Shown one piece after another: positions 38,601 to 51,306 of a stretch of 64,000 nucleotides of DNA. The translations under genes and the position numbers were made by a program. Positions within the stretch are counted from its first letter, which is position 1, and every line of letters begins with the position of its first letter. Source of the stretch: Paragordius varius (Eukaryota; Animalia; Nematomorpha); the NCBI GenBank assembly GCA_964247055.1, contig OZ176050.1, positions 15,066,001-15,130,000 of the forward strand, written 5' to 3'. The notes beneath the pieces are model-generated. The model saw only the letters and a program-made list of their open reading frames with translations, had not been told where the DNA came from and made no database searches.

Positions 38601-41600
38601 GTTTCAACAATATTTTTTCCCGGTGTCTCATACCAAAACCAACCGGCCCAAATCCATGCAAAAACAGCGCAAGTATGAGAATGATGGTTTGAAGTGTAGT
38701 GATCCAATAAGTAAAAAAGGGTCTAAAATCTTCTAAAGCAATCATGTCTTGGATCCACTGAGGATTGTTCCACAAGGTATTACTGTATCCTGGATCATTT
38801 ATGATATCCATGAGAATCCCACCTCCGGGATATCGTCTGTTTGAGGGATCTTCTCTGTTTCTGTGAAGGTAAGATTCAAACCTTTGACGCAGACGAGTTG
38901 CAAAATTTGATTTTTTATTCATATCGGTTTTTGGTTGAAATGGATGTTTTGGTCTTTGGGATGTTTTTTTTGTGACTGGTGTCGCCTCTTTTAAAACAGG
39001 GACAACAGAAAATGGCGATTTTTGTTTTTGGCCAAATGTGGGCTTTTTCGTCGGCTGGATTTGAGGTAAGGTGCTTAATCGTCTGTGTACAATAGGTTGA
39101 ATTAATTTGGGTCGTTGTATATTAAATGATTTTATAAATACTTCATCATCCTTGCTCATGTAAGATTGATCCCCGATTTGTGTTGAATAGAATGGTGGTG
39201 GTGGATAGTTTTTGAGGTAGGGTTTAGGTTGTTTTCCATCAAGGGTATCCAGACGATTAGAAGAACCAATCCGAGGAATATATGAAAACGAATCATCCAA
39301 AGTTGAAAGTATTTGAGTACTTTGACTTCTTTTAAGGTGAGACGGATGATGGCTACTTTGAGATAACATGGATCGCTGTTTATCTTGGGGAGATTTGAGC
39401 GATACATCTTTATACATGGCATCTAAGGTGTCGTCCCAGCGTGAAGATAACCTTTTCTTCCTTGTCACCAAATTGCGCAAGCCATTCCATGCCATCAAAG
39501 GAACAGATTCTCGTCTCATTTTGTTAACCAAGTCCCTGGAAAGATTATTTAGATTAGATGTATCTTGGAGACTAGAAATGTGTTATGCAAATCTGAAAGA
39601 TATACTTTATTTTTATATCATAATTTTCTCTTACATGCAAATGTGAAATACATACCTTGGTTATATATCATAACTTTCACCCTTATTTGAATTGTATTAT
39701 TTTCTATATTTTTTGTGTAATATGTAACCTTTGTTACTTGAAATTTTATTGATATAATGCAAATTATGTACAACTAAGTTTACTATATAAACCCTATAAA
39801 AACCAAATAATATATTCAGTTCATTTCACATTTCTTTTATATTATCTCCTCATCTTATTACAAGATAACAACTGGTGGCAATTCGAGTACCGAACTAATC
39901 TAACAACTAATCTAACACAACAGTGGAACCCACCGGGTTCCAAACTCGGATGGTGGAAGAGTCCAAAATGCAACAACCATGACAATGTCAATTGCCATTA
40001 TCACCAACATGTCCATCAAAAATAATGATAATACCAATTATAACAATGGTAATAATTTTCATCGATTACAACAAATCCTCGGACAATTTGCGCAAGGGTT
40101 ATGGGAGCGTTCATGGGCCAAGCAAATGTCCCGCCTGGAACCGCAATTGCAAATGCGGAAAACCCAACCACTTCGCTAATGTAGATCAAAAAAACACTGC
40201 CAAAAAAAAATGTTCAACCGCCATTGCACTGAAAGCGAACGGGCTAATAATCTATAGCAACTTTGGAATCATTATCAACAAATGGCTGGGGAGGACTCCC
40301 ACATCATTCAACATTTGATGGATGGGTAAGTAAGATTGGCGCGGACAAGCTTGTAATAAGATTGATCGGTAAGACGCCTACCTCCCCAGGCCGAGCTAAA
40401 GATACACCCTCGACGATTTCAACAATAAGAGGATGTGTCAGTTACAAAAAAGACACAGTTAAGATTCCTTACAGCGCCGATAGTATTTCAGTGCGCCTGG
40501 ACCAGTTTAAAAGAAATGGTCTAGGGTGGCATGAGGCAGAGATCAAATGAAACACGTCGACACACATAACATAGGATGTTATCTTTCAAACCAAGATTCG
40601 TCGACACACCGCCAACTTAACGACACCGGTCACTCAAAAAAGTAGTAATGATAACATTAATAGCAATAATGACAATATCAATGAAAATCCACATGAGCGT
40701 CGTTACCCCGAGAGAATTCGGCGGAAGCCGGTCCGGTTCTCTTAAGGGGGAAGTGATGTTATGCAAATCTGAAAGATATACTTTATTTTTATATCATAAT
40801 TTTCTCTTACATGCAAATGTGAAATACATACCTTGGTTATATATCATAACTTTCACCCTTATTTGAATTGTATTATTTTCTATATTTTTTGTGTAATATG
40901 TAACCTTTGTTACTTGAAATTTTATTGATATAATGCAAATTATGTACAACTAAGTTTACTATATAAACCCTATAAAAACCAAATAATAAATTCAGTTCAT
41001 TTCACATTTCTTATATTACCTCCTTTATCTTTACAAGTTAACAAAATGTTAGTAATATCAGTGGGTTGTTTTGACAGTATGGCGCTACGCAATTCAATCT
41101 GTTCGGGCGGACCTTTTTTACTGGCAGATTCAATCCCATAGTCTAATGTATCGATGCCGCGTGTTGCATTTGATCTTGTGCCGAATTCACCATCTAGGTG
41201 TTTAAGAAACCCACATCGCCGAGAAAGTAATCGAAGACGCCTTTCATTGAATTGTGCGCAAGGATCTTTTGCAGGTGAAAGTCCCAAGAATTCGGTCGTT
41301 CCATCTCTAACGACATTTTTAAACCGAACCCATGAGGAAAATGGTTTCAAAGAATCCTCTTCTGCCATAATATCTAATTCTTGCTATTAGTCAGTAATCC
41401 CTTTTTAATGGCATATATCACATAAAGTTGATTTCATAATTTTGTTGGTTAAATTTGCATGATATATGTGGACTAATTTAAATGTAAGACATGAATAAAT
41501 TATATGTGTGTAACTTGCGCAGCAGCACAGCCAAGTAAAAAATTAGACTAACGCGACTTTTATGTAATAATGTAAAAAAAGTGACACAGTGTGTGGCTCA

Positions 41601-42848
41601 ATAGCAATTGGTTGGGGAGAATTATGCAAATGTAAATTTATATAAATATATAAATAATGCAGTTTTGATCTAATTGATAAAATAGAAAGAGTGTATGTAA
41701 ATTGCTTTAGGCTCAGAGGGGTAATTTTTCTGTCGTAAAAAAGACAAATATATATTTATATCTGTGAAACAAATGAAAAAGGTGTTAATATAGTAAAAAG
41801 ACGTGGTAACCATAAATATTAAACCAGTAAAGAAAGGAGGAGAAACAATAGAAATGTAAATCTATATTGTAATTTCCACCTGCTATTGTAAAAAATATAT
41901 ATTAATGATAATTTGAATATACATATATATATATATACCCTAACCAAAAAAATTAACTTGAGAAAAAATTAAAAATTACATCTTTCCCAGATAAATACGA
42001 AATTTAAATGCGATAAATTTCACTTTTGTTGATTGAAGGAAAATGTTTTTAACTAAACTCCTTCACATTGATGACCATATGTGAACTTTAAGTTTTTGGT
42101 TTAGTTTTTAAATTTTTAAATCGTAATAACAACTAAGTGTTTTGTTATGGAATACTAAATTAGTAAAATCTAACGACAACCAAATTTTAGTTTAATTAAT
42201 TTTTGAGCTTTTCTCCATGTGAGGCACCAAAAATCTTTCTTTAAAAGAAGAGAAGTAACTTGATTGATTATTATACATATATTTTAATAGACTTAATTCT
42301 ACACATATGGAATGAAAACAAAACGTAAATTATACTAAACCTGATATAAATTTAAAATTTAAAAAATATAATATCAAAGATTACAAATGAATCTCTTTTT
42401 ATACATCTAAAAATTAATGATATGTTACCTAAATTTTCTCAAATTACAAAACAACCTTTGCTAATATTCCTATTAGAATTAAATTAAATTGGAGGAGATG
42501 TTTGATATTTCATGCGTGAAATGTACGCTTAAATTACGTCTTATATATTAATTTCAAACAAAAATGATAAATGAACTAGCTATATACCAAAAATTTAATA
42601 AGTAACTCCTAAACACATAAATCATAAAAAATTAATAAAAAAAATGTTTTCAAAAAACTATATTTCAAAGAATATAAAATGGTTTTTTAAAAAATATTCT
42701 AAAGCTAACCTTTGTAAGTCCAATATTTTATAGAGGAGGGGTAGGATTTTTCATTGGTACTGGCGATATCCGAATTGATACATTGTAACAATGTTAATAT
42801 GGGTAGGATGATGAAAGATGTCAAAATTTGAGGCAATGTCGCAATCAT
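23629..42848 (-). CDS. SEMA5: Semaphorin, class 5-like (signal peptide, Sema domain, PSI, TSP1 repeats, TM, long cytoplasmic tail); about 15 exons
   Basis: Exon 1 (42710-42848) MIATLPQILTSFIILPILTLLQCINS joins in phase 1 to exon 2 (36465-36561, ..HTIIVGAK|DHLIRF). Sema motifs ECANHVRII..LFVCGTNALDP, GKGRSPY, YAFFRE and YSRVARICKNDRGG..WVTFRKARILCS are present. PSI: CLRSNDPLCGWD. TSP1: NGGWSKWTVWSEC..RTRTCNNPIPAFGGRNC. TM: LMIGCVISFVGGIMLTIIIFAVL. Confidence 0.9.
26790..27479. mobile_element. Non-autonomous hAT element in semaphorin intron
   Basis: TIRs TAGGGTTGTG / CACAACCCTA; 8-bp TSD GTGACATC / GTTACATC (7 of 8 match); many subterminal TGACC/GGTCA repeats. Confidence 0.85.
31061..31330. 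mobile_element. MITE family A copy
   Basis: TA-flanked TIRs, 27 nt from the acceptor at 31034. Confidence 0.85.
32693..32990. mobile_element. MITE family A copy (near-consensus)
   Basis: About 90-nt TIRs visible at both ends; terminus lies about 14 nt from the acceptor of the next semaphorin exon. Confidence 0.9.
34756..35020. mobile_element. MITE family A copy
   Basis: ta-cagtaaaaattgaaattatacggacaaaaag ... cgttttgtccgtataatttcaattttta. Confidence 0.85.
36080..36311. mobile_element. MITE family B (TIR CCATTTACAATTCAAATTC); other copies at 54707-54938 and 60604-60817
   Basis: Inverted termini ccatttacagttcaaattc / gaatttgaattgtaaatgg; internal sequence shared among three intronic copies. 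Confidence 0.75.
37255..39580 (-). CDS. RHBDF: Inactive rhomboid (iRhom), main part: distal cytoplasmic region, iRhom homology domain and TM core; no introns
   Basis: Continuous 758-aa ORF with RPFFTYWIT, ENFWLGP..LIHLGAKYSPCMRRD, the Cys-rich IRHD (CCIRKDGSGCIQ; RPCCIGIRGACIIT..CSFVKGSFH), PDQIYRLWISLFLQAG, MRDLEKLAG, GPSG and WIDNYAH. Confidence 0.95.
39581..39870 (+). repeat. 5' LTR (290 bp)
   Basis: Direct repeat of 40757-41043; contains TATATAAA (about 39784) and Inr-like TTCAGTT (about 39815). Confidence 0.95.
40757..41043 (+). repeat. 3' LTR (287 bp)
   Basis: Direct repeat of 39581-39870; carries AATAAA at about 40985. Confidence 0.95.
41044..41368 (-). CDS. RHBDF: iRhom N-terminal coding segment, separated from the rest of the ORF by the LTR element
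   Basis: MAEEDSL..VRDGTTEFLGL..FNERRLRLLSRRCGFLK resembles the conserved iRhom N-terminal region. Removing the element and one TSD gives the in-frame join QPTDITNI-SSLQDTSNLNNLSRDLVNKMRRES. Confidence 0.9.
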
Positions 42849-45800
42849 ATTTTATAGGTTAAATTACGAAAAATTGAAACATTGTTTGAAGCATGAATAT
42901 TGATAAATTATTTAACATTTAATAGATTTTAAGGTTGTGATAATATCATTATCAATATATATGTAGTAAATCTTGATAACAGGTGGCTCTTTCCAATATT
43001 ATATTTGTTATAAAGACACAATATTGACAGCTAGATAAAATGTATCTAAATAAATAAATATGAAACGTTGTAATACATTATTTAATGCAATAAGGTTAAA
43101 ATCTAAGATGATGTCTAAACCACAGGTTGTCTCATTAATATTGAATTAGAAGGGTATTGCAAAATGCATTTTTTGATTTGGACATGTGTGGAGACACTTT
43201 TTTGTGCTTACAAAATATTTTTGGTGACAAAGAATACAAAAATTAATTAGAGATGTGTCGTAATTTGTAGATAATCAAGTAAAGACTTTTTTAAAATTAA
43301 CTATTATCTTAAGTTTATATAAATGATTAATTATTTATTTATATGATATCTATTGGCTTACTTCTAGAGCTTTGACAGGAATTAGATCGGCAAAACGGAC
43401 CTTTGGAATCGAAAATTGATTTTTGCGGTTAATATGATTCACGGAAAATATTTTAAAATAATTGGTTTGTTCCAATAATGTAAAGATTAATGCATATAAA
43501 ATATATAAATAAATAAATATGTTAGTGGTAAAATTATGTATGATTAAACAAATGTAAAAAAAGAAGATAATAATAAATGCAAAAAAGCGTTTGATGCTTT
43601 TTTCTTTTTTTATACCTTTTTTACATCTTTATTCTATTGTTACCAACAGAATGATAAATTTTTATTAAAAAAATTAAATTTAAGTTTTCAAAATATATAA
43701 TAAATATCAATCTGGTGCCCTTTAAAAAAATATTTGTTCTCTTATACAGAATTATTGTAAAATTTTAGATACAATCTTCTTAAAAACATAGGTAAAATTT
43801 TTAGGAACTGCGTTCAAGGTTAATTAATCAAATTAATGTTGATATTATATTTCAAGATTCTTTGGACCAGGAATTTCCAACTTGCAGGCCGCATGGAGAT
43901 ATTTTGCGCTGCCTTCAACAAATTCAGAGTACCAAATAAATAAATTCATATATTTAAAAATAAACTTTTCATAAAATTTCTGAATAAGTTTATTTGGAAA
44001 AGAGCAAGCAAGAATAGGTTTATATAGTAGTTAAATTGTGTTCGAAATTATTTAATGCCAAAAAATCTAAAAATATTTATAAATGCTCTTGATAGATTTT
44101 TTGAATGCGGCCCGCGAAGCCATTTGTAGTGGGCACACCCGGAATAGCTATCAGATATATGATTGAATATCACTAAGATTTCCTAAAAAAATCATAATTT
44201 TTTAAGTATATGAATTTTACCTGTATACTAATCACAAGTATTTAAGAAAAATGTTAACGCGATCATTATATCACAGACGTAGCTTGCATTTCTGGCGCCT
44301 AGTGTATACCCTCCATAAAACCCCTTAATTTTAAAAAAATAATCATATTTAAACCGTACTACTCATAAATGGGTGTTTTTTATGTATTATTTAAAATTTA
44401 AACTTTATACCTATCTTTTGAAATAAAATTAAAAAAATCCCCCTCTTAGCTACGCCTGTGAATTGTAGTTTGACCTTCAAAGCCAAAAATATTTAATTCA
44501 TCAATATATTCTAAATATTATATCATTTAAAAAAATTTAACCAAAAATAGATAATATGTCAATACTTCCATCGATACTAAACATTTACAAAAAATAATAA
44601 AACGCTTAAAAATTTAAATATATTATCAAATGCTTTTTTTATAACTTGAATGCGATATTTTGTTCGAGTTAATAAAAATAGATCAAGATCATATAATCAT
44701 TTGTTTGAAATTATATTCTTTAATCTTTATGGAATGTTTAATGAGAATAAATATTAACAATAAAGTGTAAAAGATTACACAAATAACATAGATCATATTT
44801 CTATTAGAAATTTTGACGTCTTATTACAGTTAAGTATGGTATATAATTTTCGTAATCTGTTCACAAAAAACACAAGAGTTAAGGTTAAAGTATTAAATAA
44901 TGTTTAATTACAACCAATGATTGTTTTTAATTGTATGTGACTGTGAATTCTTGTGTTACAGTTAGATGATTATCCCATTTAAAAAGTATTCCAATGATTT
45001 TTTCATGTTTTATTTAAATAATAATTAATAGTTTTTATACATTCACATAGTTCTTGACTTTTGATCTTAAACTAAAAAGTAGGATTAGCTAATGTAAAAA
45101 ATATTAGTAATATGGTACAGTCATGTAGACTTTATTTTGTTAAAGATTTACTTTTTTTCGTTAATTGGGTATTAATATTTGGTAAAGTATATAAAAACAA
45201 GAGCAATATGGTATCCATATCATATTCTATAAAAAAGTAAAATAAGTTTGGGGGAAGGGCGTCGGAAATCTTTAGTAAAAAAATGAAAATCTTAAAATAT
45301 TGTTATAGGGGAATGGTAATATTTTTGTTAATCTTTTAGCAAATTTTATATGTTGATTTTTTTAAAAAATTTATTTCGCAGTACACATATGAAAGAGGAT
45401 TGACGTGAGAATTAACATAATTAATTTGATGAATATTCTGTAATGTTAAATTTTGAGAATATTACAGCAATTTATGTTAACATTTGATATATTGTTGTTA
45501 CGTATTTAGATGCAGAATTTTGTGGGTTTTTATCTTTAATAATCTAATAAATAGTAAAATGGGTATTTATATATTATTTATGATTCATATTAAATTCAAT
45601 AATTCTATTTTTCAACATAATAAATACCTGTATTAATTAAAATACGTTCCTCTCATTAAGATTAACGCAAAAAAGTAGCGATTACGCAACTTTTTTTTAA
45701 TATTTTAGAATTTTTCGATAAAAACTTTATTTGAATGTTTATTACTATGAATTTTTAAGTGTATTGTATTTGTTTGACAAAACAAAACTTTGTCCCGTGC

Positions 45801-46631
45801 GATATCTATATAAAACAACGGTAAACTATTTGTTGATAGGGAAATTTTATGTAACTGATATAATTATCCACATAGAATGAAATTTATATGTGAAACCAAT
45901 CTCAAAATCATACATCATGTATTTCCCCCAATCGCAACGACTAAAGTCAAATTTAAATTAATTAAAAAAATTTCATTTCAGATAAAAATAAAGGGGTATC
46001 CTCGAAACAATTTTCAGAACGTGTAGATCCATTTTAATATTTACAAATAGTTCTATTTCAATACGATTTTTTTGAACTATCATGAAACACCAATAATTTT
46101 TAGTTCAGATATTTTTTTATTTCAACATTCTTTCTAACGTTACATATCAAATAAAAAGTACATTAGTTTTAACAAATAGTGAAATGGCAGACTATTAATT
46201 TATAAATTCGTTATTCTAATTAATTTTATGAATGTTTTAAAACTGTACTGTTTAACTTGATTGATATTCATTTTCTATAAACAACACCCATTATTTTCTT
46301 ATAATCATTTTAAATGGCTGAAAAAACAACATCAAATGAATAGTTGCCTAAATCACAAAGGAAAAGTATATCGTATTTTACGTATTATGTTTTAGATATT
46401 GTGTTATTTAAGATTTTTATTATATAACACCAGATTCATAATATAATTGGACAGGGAAATTTTTTTATAATTATAGTTTTAATTTGACAAAATATGCTTT
46501 TTCCATGCACAATAATAAAATGTTTTATGTGGGTTTCGATAGCCCTACAATTATCCATATTAATCTATGGAAACAATAGTTGAACTATAAATAAAATATT
46601 CTGTCACCTAAAAAACATTGTTTTATTAATC

Positions 46632-46997
46632 GTGTTTTATGTATTAGGAAAAGAAAAATGGACCTCGGAAAAGACTGAAATAGCCACACGCCTCTTTTCA
46701 AATCAATCAATCTCACCGATTCCATTGAAATCTATGCAAATTATATTAAACATGTCTAAATCAACTGTTTGTAAATATAGAAGGATGTATTTATTTGGAT
46801 TTCCAATGCAAATGAAAATAGCAGGGAAAAAAGAAGATGAAGAGGTTATGGTAATGGCAAAACTTGAAAAAATTTTCAAAGAGAACAATCATCTAACCTT
46901 TAATCAACTGGCAAGAATGTCACCCTCCTTGAAAATATCAAAATATAAACTTCAACAACATCTCAAAAAGCGTGAAAATATGCGCAAACAGACATAA
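46632..46997 (+). mobile_element. Possible transposase DNA-binding (HTH) remnant, Tc1/mariner-like
   Basis: ORF with two HTH-like segments (MQIILNMSKSTVCKY; ENNHLTFNQLARMSPSLKISKYKLQQHLKK). No catalytic domain or TIRs found. Confidence 0.35.
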
Positions 46998-48189
46998 TCT
47001 CCTAACCTTTTTACATCTATCGGTAAATAAAGAATTCAACGGTAAAAACAATAAATTCTTATATTTCATTTCAAGATATAATTGTGTAAATTAAATAAAA
47101 ATAAAAACGTCTGTAACCATTCTTAATCTAAAAAGGCTTAAATATCCTTTTTGCTCCAAATATATTCGGCTGTAATTTACCCCCTCCCCCACCCCCTTAA
47201 TGCTGGAAAACCAAGTTCCCCAAATTTTTTAACCTTACTCGCCCAAGATATTGTGTATAAATCATTGATGGGTTCGTATAAAGGCAACTATTTTAGCCGC
47301 TTAATTGATCACTAACTAATCTCACAACATATTAAATAAACGTAGCTTTAAAGGTAATATTCAGAAATTATATCATATGGGTTCAATAAGAGATTATATT
47401 TTCTGTAAAAGGCAAAAACTTATGCCGAGCGTTGACTTAAGCTTCCTAAAAAATCCTTGAAGTAATTTTTTCAAAAAAATAAAAGAAATTAATTTTAATA
47501 ATAGTAATTTTTCACATAAAAACATCAAGCGCTTTTTTGAGTTACTGGTTAGGACTTCATTTATTAAAAATACGATCATATTAAAATAATTTGCCTTTGG
47601 AGCAATTTCGAAGAACTGATGTATGAGTAAGGAACCAATTATGATTTTGGTATTCAATAGAAGAAACTTAGAAATATTTGTCGAACGCTTTTTTCAAATA
47701 TCAATGGTTAAGTCCTATGTTTGATAGCAAGATAGCCACCTTAATAGGCACATTATGAACCCTAGAATTGATATTTGTTTTCCTACATAATGGCAAAATT
47801 TTATGTGAACGGTTTTGAACTACTTGGGTCTCACAAAGCAAAATTCGTTCGGTGAAAAAATGACCCTACTTGAAGGCACGTTTTTGGAAGACCTATGAGC
47901 TCATATGTATTCAAATAGTATTTTTATACCGTTTTACGGTGCGATAAAATATATTGAATCTCTCTAAAACAAAATTTGCTATTAATTAAATTCAAGCAAA
48001 ATATCCATTAAATATTTTTTTTATGTTAATTAACTCATATTTATAATTTACTGTGAGATATCAGCATATTTATTATATTAAGAAAACTCACCCATTTCAG
48101 ACGTGTCCAGAATTTCAAACCCCTTATATATTTTAAAATTTTATAAAAATATTGTTTTGTCTTATATAGTTTATAATATACCTTTTATG

Positions 48190-49182
48190 CAATGGGTAAG
48201 GTGATAAAGTCGCATTGACTTGTAAGCCAAGCGTGGCAAGTAAGTTTACTTAAGCCCGCAAGTGTACACTTGAAGATCGGTGATAAAATAACACCTAAGT
48301 TAAGTCTTTTGCTTATGGATGTAACATATTTTTGCCACCCAATTCGAATTTTACGGAAATTATTTTGATCATTTTCAGCCAAAATTTATGAAATAAGGCA
48401 CAAAAAAATAAACAATTAATACAATATGCATTTATTGAAGTTTTTCAAACTCACTGGAACGTATCTTATTTAATATTATAGAGTTTTCTAAATATTGAGC
48501 CAAATATTAATTTTTAGATTGATGAAACCATTCGCCCTTAAAACATTTTCCATTATTTACCACACTACTCATTTTGTTTGGAGTCCATTTGCAAATTAAT
48601 GGGAAGATGTTTATACAATATATCATATTATTATTTTTAATTGATTATCAACATTACATTCGAATAAATTTATGATGAAATAAATTCTTTACATAATAGT
48701 AAAGTAAGATTTAATTCATAAACGATTTACAAGATTAATATTAATTATTAATTTTAATTTTAAAAATTAATTTTTTTACGTTCACTGAATTGATATATTT
48801 AGCATATTATTAAATGCCATATTAGCAGAGTTTTTCTAAAATTTTATCCTCTTTTGTATACACCCAATTAGAATAGGTTAATTAGCCAAAATTTATCAAA
48901 TTAACATTTTATAGCATTAAAGGTTTGAATTACCTATAAAATCTAAATTTTATACATAAATAGTTTCCAAAATAATTTTATCCATATTTTAAATCTGTCA
49001 ACACCACACTTGCAAAATCTTTATGTTTTACCTGATCATATGATTTTATCACCTCCAAATCAAGTTTTCTTGATTGACATAAGTAGTCTAATGTTAAATT
49101 TTTTTAATCACATGAAAGCAAGCCATACTTGAAAAACTTGCAAGTCAAGTCAAAAAAAAATTTTTTATCACCCCACCCATTG
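48190..49182. mobile_element. About 1-kb non-autonomous TIR DNA transposon, copy 1
   Basis: Termini CAATGGGTAAGGTGATAAA / TTTTATCACCCCACCCATTG; collinear with 50294-51306; TSD not evident. Confidence 0.75.
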
Positions 49183-50293
49183 TCTTATAATATATTTACA
49201 ATATTTTAAATAAAGGCTTTAACAATTTTATTTTGAAAATGTGGGCACATTTTGCGAAGACATTAGCGATTGTCGCTAAAGTGTGTGTGATTATTTTTTT
49301 TATCACTACAAAACCTTGGGGTTTTTTTGTATTCCACCTTAAGGAATTTTATATTAAATAGGCTCAATCTAAATATATGCTTTCCTTAACTTTTTAGGCT
49401 GATACATTTTTTTCCAAAAACTTCAAAATTGAATAAATTCCTCATTTTTTTCTTAAATATTTTAAATCATGGCAACAGGCAATAATATTTATGGTTTAAT
49501 AATACGTATAAATAACGTTGAAATTTTTATAAATTGCAATATAGCAGCAGCTGTTTGTTTCTTTTTGATCTATTTGAATTGGCGATAGAAGTTTAAAACA
49601 TTAAAAATTTTAATAATATTTAAAACACGGTATTAAATTTAAACCAAATCATCTTTAACTGTAATATTCTCTACTTTTAACTCTCGGCTAGAAAATTATC
49701 CAAAATGTTATCGCGCCCAAATATGTATATATAATATGTAAAAACTCGTGAGACAAAAACAAAAGAACGTCCTACCTATCAGAAAAGACATATTTTGTAA
49801 TATTTTTTGTATGTATTCTGTTATGATTAATGGAAATGATAAATTAACCTTCTACATAGGAACAAAACTTTGGTATTATTTATTTTATGATTATCTGTTG
49901 GTTTAGATTTAATTTTGTAGATAATATAATTCTATATATAAGCTTTTAACTGATACAGGAATAAATGTTTAATTGACGTAAATAACTTCTGGATAACTGA
50001 AAATTTAATTGTTACATGAAATATTATTAACACTTCGATTCAAATTGGGGTATTTAAATTAAAATTTAAAAAAAACTACTGAAGGAAACGGTCCCAATTT
50101 AAATTTATGCTTCTATCCTGATAAATATTATATAAATATGCCAAAATATCTTGATAAAATTTTGTTTTGAAAAAAAGGTCCATCTCAAACTACTTCGACG
50201 CCATTTTTATTTTTCAAAAATTTTGCAAAATATCATCTTCATTCAATTTTAAGGGTAAAATTAAAGCTTATTTTTAATATAAATTACATCTAA

Positions 50294-51306
50294 CATTGGG
50301 TGGGGTGATAAAAAAGTCGCACTTGACTTGTAAGCCAAGCGTGGCAAGTTGAGCAAGATTACTTAAGCCAGCAAGTGTACCTTGAAGATCGGTGAAAAAA
50401 AAACACTTAAGTCAAGCTTTTCCTTATGAATGTAAAAGTTTTTTGCCACCCAATTCTAATTTTATGGAAATTTTTTGGATCATTTTCAGCTAAAATTTAT
50501 GAAATAAGGCACAAAATGATAAAAATAAAATACAATATGCATTTATTGAAGTTTTTTAAACTCACTGACACGTATCTTATATAATATTATAAAGTTTTCT
50601 AAATTGTGAGGCTGGTAATAATTTTTCAGATTGATGAAACCATTTGCCCTTAAAACACTTTCCATTATTTTACCACACCACTTATTTTGTTTTGAGGCCA
50701 GTTGCAAATATAATGGGAAGATGTTTATACAATACAACATATTAGTTTTAATTGATTATAAACATTACATTCGAAATAAATTTATGATGAAATAAATTCT
50801 TTACATTGGATAAAAGTGATTTGCTTTTAATAAACGAAGATTTTAAATTTTACAAGATTAATATTTAATTATTATTAAGAAATTTTCGAGAATCCATTTT
50901 TTTTGCGGTCACGGAATTCATATATTTAGCATATTTTTATGTGCCATGTTATTTAATAATAGCAGAGTTTTTCTATAAATTTATCCTCTTTTGTATCCCC
51001 AATGAATAGATTAGTTATCCTAAATTTATCAATATAGCATTAAAAAGGTTTGAATTACATATAAAACATAAATTTTGTATAAAGATAGTTTCCAAAATAA
51101 TTTTTTTCATATTTTTAAATCTGTCAAGTGTGCCCTACACCACACTTGCAAAATCTTTAAGTTTTACTTGAACATATGATTTTTTATCACCTCCTTATCA
51201 AGTTTTCTTGCTTGACTTTAGTCGTGTAATGTTAAATTTTTTTTATCACATGAAAGCAAGCCATGACTTGAAAAACTTGCAAGTCAAAAAAATTTTTTTA
51301 TCACCC
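50294..51306. mobile_element. About 1-kb non-autonomous TIR DNA transposon, copy 2 (right TIR truncated)
   Basis: Direct-orientation, diverged copy of 48190-49182 along its whole length. Confidence 0.75.

Larger units (their letters stand above)
39581..41043 (+). mobile_element. Internally deleted Ty3/Gypsy LTR retrotransposon inserted in the iRhom coding exon
   Basis: LTRs at 39581-39870 and 40757-41043 (TGTTAT...AACA); TSD AAATG at 39576-39580 and 41044-41048. PBS-like TGGTGGCA 2 nt after the 5' LTR; polypurine tract AAGGGGGAAG just before the 3' LTR. Remnants of a Gag knuckle (HGPSKCPAWNRNC-KCGKPNHFA) and an integrase C-terminus (RRH..; RRYPERIRRKPVRFS*). No RT. Confidence 0.95.

Noticed and set aside
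40997-41368. Separate 123-aa gene predicted by the ORF track
   Set aside because: It is the iRhom N-terminus reading into the 3' LTR.
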